From an uncultured virus (IMG/VR IMGVR_UViG_3300001533_001549) (lineage: Duplodnaviria > Heunggongvirae > Uroviricota > Caudoviricetes), in IMG/VR virus record IMGVR_UViG_3300001533_001549: a stretch of 64,000 bases of DNA, one strand, 5' to 3'. This document shows positions 58,889-64,000 of the stretch, one piece after another. Made by a program: the position numbers and the translations under genes. Each line of letters begins with the position of its first letter. Within the stretch, counting starts at the first letter, position 1. The notes beneath the pieces are model-generated. The model did no database searches. It was not told the DNA's origin and was given only the letters and a program-made list of their open reading frames with translations.

Positions 58889-59407
58889 ATGGCTGATACG
58901 CCGAAGAAACAGATGCACAAAGTGATCATCACGCTTGATGATGAAAAGCAACGGATCAAAGTGGACTATCGTCCGAAGCTGGATCGGACGAACCTGAAGG
59001 ATGTCAACCTGTTCATCAATGCGACATACACAGGTATGAACATGAGTCTCAAGATGCTGTTGCAGGACGCGCCGGTTTTGCGCCCGGCGAGTGAGTTGGA
59101 ACAGGAAGCGCACACGTATGTTTTTAAGGATGTTCTAAAAGACAACCAGCTTTACAGAAGTCGGAAGGCTTTGCATGACAGCATCGCGTCAGGTTTCAAT
59201 ACGTTGCTGAAAGAGCTGTTCCCTGATATCCAGTATATCGAACAGTGGCAGAAAGCTGAACAGGAACGTGTGTTCGAGATGTCTTCTGAGGAAGCTGAAG
59301 AACGTCGTATCGAATTGGCGCGTGTCGCCGAACAGGTACGCAAAGGAGAGGAATCATGCGACTCAGAGAATTCATCAAAGCAAGACGAGAACGTCGAAGA
59401 CGCATAA
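58889..59407 (+). CDS. hypothetical protein
   Basis: RBS GAGGTG. Confidence 0.7.
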   Translation: MADTPKKQMHKVIITLDDEKQRIKVDYRPKLDRTNLKDVNLFINATYTGMNMSLKMLLQDAPVLRPASELEQEAHTYVFKDVLKDNQLYRSRKALHDSIASGFNTLLKELFPDIQYIEQWQKAEQERVFEMSSEEAEERRIELARVAEQVRKGEESCDSENSSKQDENVEDA

Positions 59408-59549
59408 GACGTATGTCTTACGTGCCTGCGACTTCGTCTGACAATTTCACGCAGGATGATTTGGAAGCGCGCTATCCTGAACGTCGCTGTGACAGATGCG
59501 ACCGATGCGATCGCGGAGATGCTATGGAACCTGATACGGAGGAAGAGCA

Positions 59550-59834
59550 ATGACATTCGGACAAGCTTTGATGGAAGTGAAACAGGGTGAGAAAATCGCG
59601 AGAGTCGGTTGGAACGGCAAGAACATGTGGGTCGCCATGACACCTGGTAAAGTTCTTGATCTGGAGAAAAATGACATCTGGCCGAAGAACATCAAGGATG
59701 TCGCGGTCGCCAATGGTGGAACCGTTGAGATTCTGCCCTATCTCACAATGAAGACTGTTGACAACAAGATTGTGATGGGTTGGCTTGCTTCACAGACCGA
59801 CATGTTGGCCAACGACTGGTTCATAGTAGAGTGA
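59550..59834 (+). CDS. DUF2829 / Tad2-like anti-defence sponge protein
   Basis: MTFGQAL...G.KIARVGWNGKNMW...GWLASQTDMLANDW. Confidence 0.85.
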   Translation: MTFGQALMEVKQGEKIARVGWNGKNMWVAMTPGKVLDLEKNDIWPKNIKDVAVANGGTVEILPYLTMKTVDNKIVMGWLASQTDMLANDWFIVE

Positions 59835-59835
59835 C

Positions 59836-60417
59836 GTGCGGTATCTCAAAAGGATAATCAGAAAAGCCACAAAGCCCATCAGAAACAACATCAAGGGTTT
59901 TGTCGGCGAAAGTGCTGTTGCGAAAAAACTTTCCGGTTTCCGATACTCCGTTCATGACTTGCTTTTCAATGACGGCATCAAGAGCGTCCAGATCGATCAT
60001 ATCGTTATCACAAGAAGCGGAATCCACGTCATCGAAACCAAGAACTACGGAGGAAAGATCTACGGCAAGCCGGACTCGAAGACTTGGTATCAGTATGTTG
60101 GAACAAAAAAATCCGAGTTCATGAATCCTGTCCGACAAAACCAAGGACATATCTGGGCTCTTCAAAGAGTCTTGGGGAACAGGAATGACGATCTGTTCCA
60201 TTCGTATGTCGTTTTCACGGACAAAGCTACAATAGCGACAGAGCTTCCGATTGTGGCATTGTCGGAAATCAAAGGAAAAATCGAAGAGCGATCGCCATTC
60301 TTGAGCGAAGACCAAGTCGAAGGCCTTTACAAAAAGATTATGACAATCAAAAAGAACAACACCATAACAAAACGACAGCACATCAAGAGTGTGCAAAAAA
60401 GAATGAAGAATGTCTGA
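59836..60417 (+). CDS. NERD-domain nuclease-like protein
   Basis: GFVGE; QIDHIVI; VIETKNYGG; NPVRQN. Confidence 0.9.
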   Translation: MRYLKRIIRKATKPIRNNIKGFVGESAVAKKLSGFRYSVHDLLFNDGIKSVQIDHIVITRSGIHVIETKNYGGKIYGKPDSKTWYQYVGTKKSEFMNPVRQNQGHIWALQRVLGNRNDDLFHSYVVFTDKATIATELPIVALSEIKGKIEERSPFLSEDQVEGLYKKIMTIKKNNTITKRQHIKSVQKRMKNV

Positions 60418-60583
60418 TTGGTACAGGGGACGATATCGCCCTCCGAAAAGAAGCGGCGGAGACACCGAAGGAATCCTCGGGGTTCTGGTCTACGGAACAA
60501 TGATCATGATTGTTATCTACGCTTTGCCAGTGATTCTTATTGTTCTTTTAATCAAGTGGATTGTGGACTCAACAAGAAAATAA
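60410..60583 (+). CDS. small membrane protein (57 aa; not in ORF track)
   Basis: Hand-translated MSDWYRG...GILGVLVYGTMIMIVIYALPVILIVLLIKWIV. Confidence 0.5.
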   Translation: MSDWYRGRYRPPKRSGGDTEGILGVLVYGTMIMIVIYALPVILIVLLIKWIVDSTRK

Positions 60584-60723
60584 ATAACCTGGCGTCGCTG
60601 TCCGGCATCTTCTAAACACCACGAGCCAAACCGGTCAAGCCGACCGCGGGGTGCGTTCCATATATTGAATACACAGCCAATTGGGCAAAGGGTTGTGGCG
60701 CCAGGGTACAAGGAGGAAATACC

Positions 60724-60942
60724 ATGCGTTTCGTATATTTGAAGGAAGTATCGTTTGACTTGGCACATCTTGTGGCGTTTAGCGCGACGAGCATTCCGGA
60801 GACGATGAGAACTCCGGAGTACCCGACACTCACATTGTGGCTGCATGGGTTCACCCAACCTGTCGTAGCTGTCTATGAAACGGAAGAAGAGCGTATGGAA
60901 GCGATCAATTTTATCAAAGAGTCTCTTGAGTCCATAGAATAG
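60724..60942 (+). CDS. hypothetical protein
   Basis: RBS AGGAGG. Confidence 0.6.
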   Translation: MRFVYLKEVSFDLAHLVAFSATSIPETMRTPEYPTLTLWLHGFTQPVVAVYETEEERMEAINFIKESLESIE

Positions 60943-60953
60943 GAGGTGGCTGT

Positions 60954-62132
60954 ATGACTGATAGCAACCTGGACAAGAAGCTAGGCAAGATCAGAAGTAT
61001 TGTCACAGACAAACGCAAACGGAGTTCATTGTTCTTACTCCTCACATTTGTTGCCATTCTCATGTTGAACGGGCTTCTTCCTGTCATTGAAGGTTCCGCG
61101 CATTATACTGTGGAACCTGTAGAAATGTCTTATGGCGAATACAAAGCACTCAAAGCCGAGGATACAAGGTACCAGTTGACGTTTTTATCAGAAGGTCTGA
61201 TCGAGGTTTACACGCTGCGCTATGAGATCAGTCATCCTGAAGTTTCTTCGGAGGATATGATCCTGGTCGAACCTCCCGATAATTTCCCAGTCAAAGCGTA
61301 CACAAAATTCTTTTTTGCACACACCTTCTGGTACATCTCAACTGCGATATCGTTAGGATCTTCGATACTTCTCTTCTATAGTCTGTTCAACTACATGCTG
61401 ATCAGATCCAAGGAAAGCAACGACGATTACAAGGAACTTGACAACAAGGTCAATGAATTCATTGACAGGTCTGTGGATCCCAATACGTTCGAGCCGTGGA
61501 TGGACGAAGCCTTCAACAAACGACGTAAGATTCTGCAACATGAAAGCAATGTCAAATACGAAATATCGAAACTTGACAAGTCTGTTGATTTCCGTATTAA
61601 ACAGAAGCTGAAGAAGTACTTCGAGCATGATTGTGACAAATCTTTCGCTCCTACGGATCTGACAAAACAGGAACAGAAATATATGCGACGTAAAGAAGCT
61701 TTGCTTGCGCAACTTGATCCAGTCTATATCGAACAGTACGTCGTGGAAGCGAACATCAAAAATTTCAAGTACATTCATCCGATGTTTGTTTATAATGGAA
61801 CAAACAAAGAAGGAAGAACAACCGACGGGTATTCGCTCATCAAGACTGACGCGGAACGTATCGGTGGAGACGCTGGAAGAAAAGTGGCCTTGTTGATTTC
61901 GTTTACGTTATTGTTTGCTGTGCTGTTCACGATGACCGCTGTGGCGTCCATCGGTAAGGATCCGTTTTGGATTATGGTGAATGTCCTCGCAAAAATCACT
62001 CCGTTGGTTATGCAGATTCCGTTTGCAATAGACTATACTGAAAACTTCATGTCGACTCAGATCATGACCAATCTTATCAGTCGGCGTAACATCGCGTTAT
62101 TGTACCTTGGTAAACAAAAGGAGATGGTATGA
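60954..62132 (+). CDS. multi-pass membrane protein (~4 TM)
   Basis: Four hydrophobic segments; RBS AGGAGG. Confidence 0.75.
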   Translation: MTDSNLDKKLGKIRSIVTDKRKRSSLFLLLTFVAILMLNGLLPVIEGSAHYTVEPVEMSYGEYKALKAEDTRYQLTFLSEGLIEVYTLRYEISHPEVSSEDMILVEPPDNFPVKAYTKFFFAHTFWYISTAISLGSSILLFYSLFNYMLIRSKESNDDYKELDNKVNEFIDRSVDPNTFEPWMDEAFNKRRKILQHESNVKYEISKLDKSVDFRIKQKLKKYFEHDCDKSFAPTDLTKQEQKYMRRKEALLAQLDPVYIEQYVVEANIKNFKYIHPMFVYNGTNKEGRTTDGYSLIKTDAERIGGDAGRKVALLISFTLLFAVLFTMTAVASIGKDPFWIMVNVLAKITPLVMQIPFAIDYTENFMSTQIMTNLISRRNIALLYLGKQKEMV

Positions 62133-62482
62133 TGCCCAAAAGAATATCAGCAGATATCGATATAGCAATCCTCACTGATATCGGACTCGGGTTGCCTTAT
62201 AAAGATATTGCGGTCAAGCACAATGTATCCGCATCATATGTGTCCAAAGTAGCCAATGGCAAAAAAGTTCCTGACATCCATGTTCCGGAGCCGAGCAAGA
62301 CTCTTGATGACGACATTGAAACATTCACGGACGATATCGAGGCTGTGTCAGAACTGCTAGGACGCAGAAAAGTTGTAGCGGACAAGAAGTCCGTAGAAGA
62401 GTATTTGAAAACGCAATTGTATAGAACAATTGTGCGTGCGAAGATCTATGTCGAGCTTTTGAAAAAATATAAAGGAGATTGA
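62129..62482 (+). CDS. HTH DNA-binding protein
   Basis: YKDIAVKHNVSASYVSKV. Confidence 0.7.
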   Translation: MMPKRISADIDIAILTDIGLGLPYKDIAVKHNVSASYVSKVANGKKVPDIHVPEPSKTLDDDIETFTDDIEAVSELLGRRKVVADKKSVEEYLKTQLYRTIVRAKIYVELLKKYKGD

Positions 62483-63354
62483 TTATGCCTGAAAAAGATA
62501 TGACTCTCGATCAAATGCTGACCCAAGCTGCAGGCGGCACCGCTGCGACAACCGCGGAAGACGAAACAATCGAAGGCGATGGAGCGACCCAAGCCGATGA
62601 AACGCTTGAGGAAGACGTGAATACCGGAAGTGACGAGACAACCGAAGAAGATGAAACCTCTGATGACGATGAAGCCGCCGAGGACGAAAATCCTAAAAAG
62701 AAACCTGATAAGAAAAAGCCTAACCCGATGAAGGAAGTACGCGATCGATACAACACTGAAAAACAAATGCGGGAGAAAATCGACACGCTGATCAACAAGT
62801 TCACAACAGGTGATTACAGTTTCAAGTTGAAAGATTTCTCGGTCGACGGCAAGCTGGACTATGAAGGTCTCGAAGCTGCGATGTCCGAAGCTGATAACAA
62901 AGTCAAAGCGGAAGCCAGAGGCGTGTCTCCGGAAGTACAGGCGGAGATTGATCGTATCGAAAGAGAGAAGCTTGAACTCGAACGTGAAAAGTTGCGCGTG
63001 TCGATGGACAGGGCTTTGACAGACTTGCAGTTGGAACGAAGTATCAAAAGCGCGGAAATCAACAAGTTCTTCAAAGATTCGATGGCTGCTGGCAAAAATC
63101 CTTACACGTGGCTGGCCCAGGGCGGAAGTCTTAACGATCTGTATGACACAATCTATCGCGACAATCTTATCCAAAATCGGATTGATACCGCGGTAGCTGA
63201 GGCGCGCGCGAAATGGGAAGAGGACGCGAACCGCAAGAATCGCGTGCATCTGCCTAATCCCGCGAGAAGCACTCCGGATCGAAGCACAGACACAGGTGAA
63301 GGTGTTTCGATGGACAAGCTTCTTGCGGAAGCCGCCAGCAAAAGGCGCCGCTAG
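62479..63354 (+). CDS. capsid scaffolding protein (putative)
   Basis: Acidic low-complexity N-terminus and coiled coils; late-gene context. Confidence 0.6.
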   Translation: MIMPEKDMTLDQMLTQAAGGTAATTAEDETIEGDGATQADETLEEDVNTGSDETTEEDETSDDDEAAEDENPKKKPDKKKPNPMKEVRDRYNTEKQMREKIDTLINKFTTGDYSFKLKDFSVDGKLDYEGLEAAMSEADNKVKAEARGVSPEVQAEIDRIEREKLELEREKLRVSMDRALTDLQLERSIKSAEINKFFKDSMAAGKNPYTWLAQGGSLNDLYDTIYRDNLIQNRIDTAVAEARAKWEEDANRKNRVHLPNPARSTPDRSTDTGEGVSMDKLLAEAASKRRR

Positions 63355-63361
63355 TGTACCA

Positions 63362-63386
63362 ACTGCCCTTTAACAGGGCGGTTTTT
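63362..63386 (+). terminator. intrinsic terminator
   Basis: ACTGCCCT-ttaac-AGGGCGGT followed by TTTT. Confidence 0.7.
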
Positions 63387-63427
63387 GCTTTGAAGGTCTA
63401 CTTTCTTTATAATGTCTGTGTTATAAT
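63385..63427 (+). promoter_or_regulatory. tandem sigma70 promoters
   Basis: TTGCTT-17-TATAAT (63385-63413) and TGTTATAAT (63419-63427). Confidence 0.6.
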
Positions 63428-63460
63428 GAAGGCGTATATAGCGATGTGGAGGTGTGCGCA

Positions 63461-64000
63461 TTGACCCGACAAGAGATTGTACAGGAACTTAACCGGTTGA
63501 AACTCCAACATAATTTGACATGGCCTGACGTTCAAAGAGATGCGGACAAAGCGATATATCGTATCAACGCTTACATGGGCGCGCAGTATCCGAAGATGTC
63601 AGATATTTTACTTTCGGATACGTCGACATACACTGTACGTGTGGACAGCGTCGATCACCCTTTCTTCCCTGAACAATACATACTTGAAGTGGTCATACCT
63701 TACATCGCGATGGAAGTCCTGGCACGCGACGAAGAATTCACAACCGTATACAATAAATACGCCAAGGATCTTGAAGACGGCTTGTTCAATATGTTCCAAA
63801 ACGAGTTTAACAAAGTCCCACTCGCGTTTAGGCAACAACCTGACCAAGGCGTCTTTTTTGCTTCCGACACAGTCGAAGCTGCCATTCTACGAAACACTGT
63901 GGCAGATCTTCCCGTGTTCAAATTCAGGGTTTACTATCATATCAATTCATCAGCGATCACTGTTCCCAACGGATTGTCTTTCGTCGAAGACACACATGCT
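63461..64000 (+). CDS. 5' part of a probable head-tail adaptor/structural protein, truncated
   Basis: GGAGG + TTG; open to the window end (MTRQEIVQELNRL...DKAIYRIN...FPEQY). Confidence 0.6.
   Translation, partial: MTRQEIVQELNRLKLQHNLTWPDVQRDADKAIYRINAYMGAQYPKMSDILLSDTSTYTVRVDSVDHPFFPEQYILEVVIPYIAMEVLARDEEFTTVYNKYAKDLEDGLFNMFQNEFNKVPLAFRQQPDQGVFFASDTVEAAILRNTVADLPVFKFRVYYHINSSAITVPNGLSFVEDTHA

Noticed and set aside
1..64000. Stop-codon reassignment or integrated prophage
   Set aside because: Genes are intact and densely packed under code 11 with TAA, TGA and TAG all used as stops; no integrase, att site or host genes were seen.

Overview
This window is most of a tailed dsDNA bacteriophage genome. 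It uses the standard genetic code, and no integrase or host genes are visible. It has two arms that diverge from an ~870-nt non-coding region (~48.1-49.0 kb) and converge at a palindromic terminator at ~27.38 kb. The minus arm (48.1->27.4 kb, AT-rich) holds many small early-type genes, a tRNA(CAU), a ~480-nt hairpin-dense non-coding tract, a MoxR/vWA pair and a replication block (DnaG-type primase, SSB-like protein, SNF2 helicase, family A DNA polymerase, PD-(D/E)XK nuclease, Sak4-like ATPase). The plus arm (49.0->64 kb, probably continuing into 1->27.4 kb) holds an SF3/D5 helicase, VRR-NUC, terminase, portal, a Tad2/DUF2829-like protein, NERD, scaffold, an N4-gp56-like major capsid protein, an Ig/InlB-B-repeat protein and a 23-kb ORF of 7674 aa. 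That giant protein is the main finding. It carries beta-like motifs (ED...DK...GFKG) and beta'-like motifs (RSP, GGDNDGD) of a two-barrel RNA polymerase in one chain, plus an embedded DEDD-type exonuclease signature, N-terminal membrane-like helices and an ejection-protein-like C-terminus. It is therefore a candidate giant virion RNA polymerase/ejectosome. Plus-arm operons start at near-consensus host sigma70/sigmaA promoters, whereas the early arm shows hairpins and a repeated 33-nt motif instead. The host is inferred, not shown, to be a low-GC Bacillota or wall-less Acholeplasma/Izemoplasma-like bacterium. All family calls come from motif recognition by eye; no searches were run.
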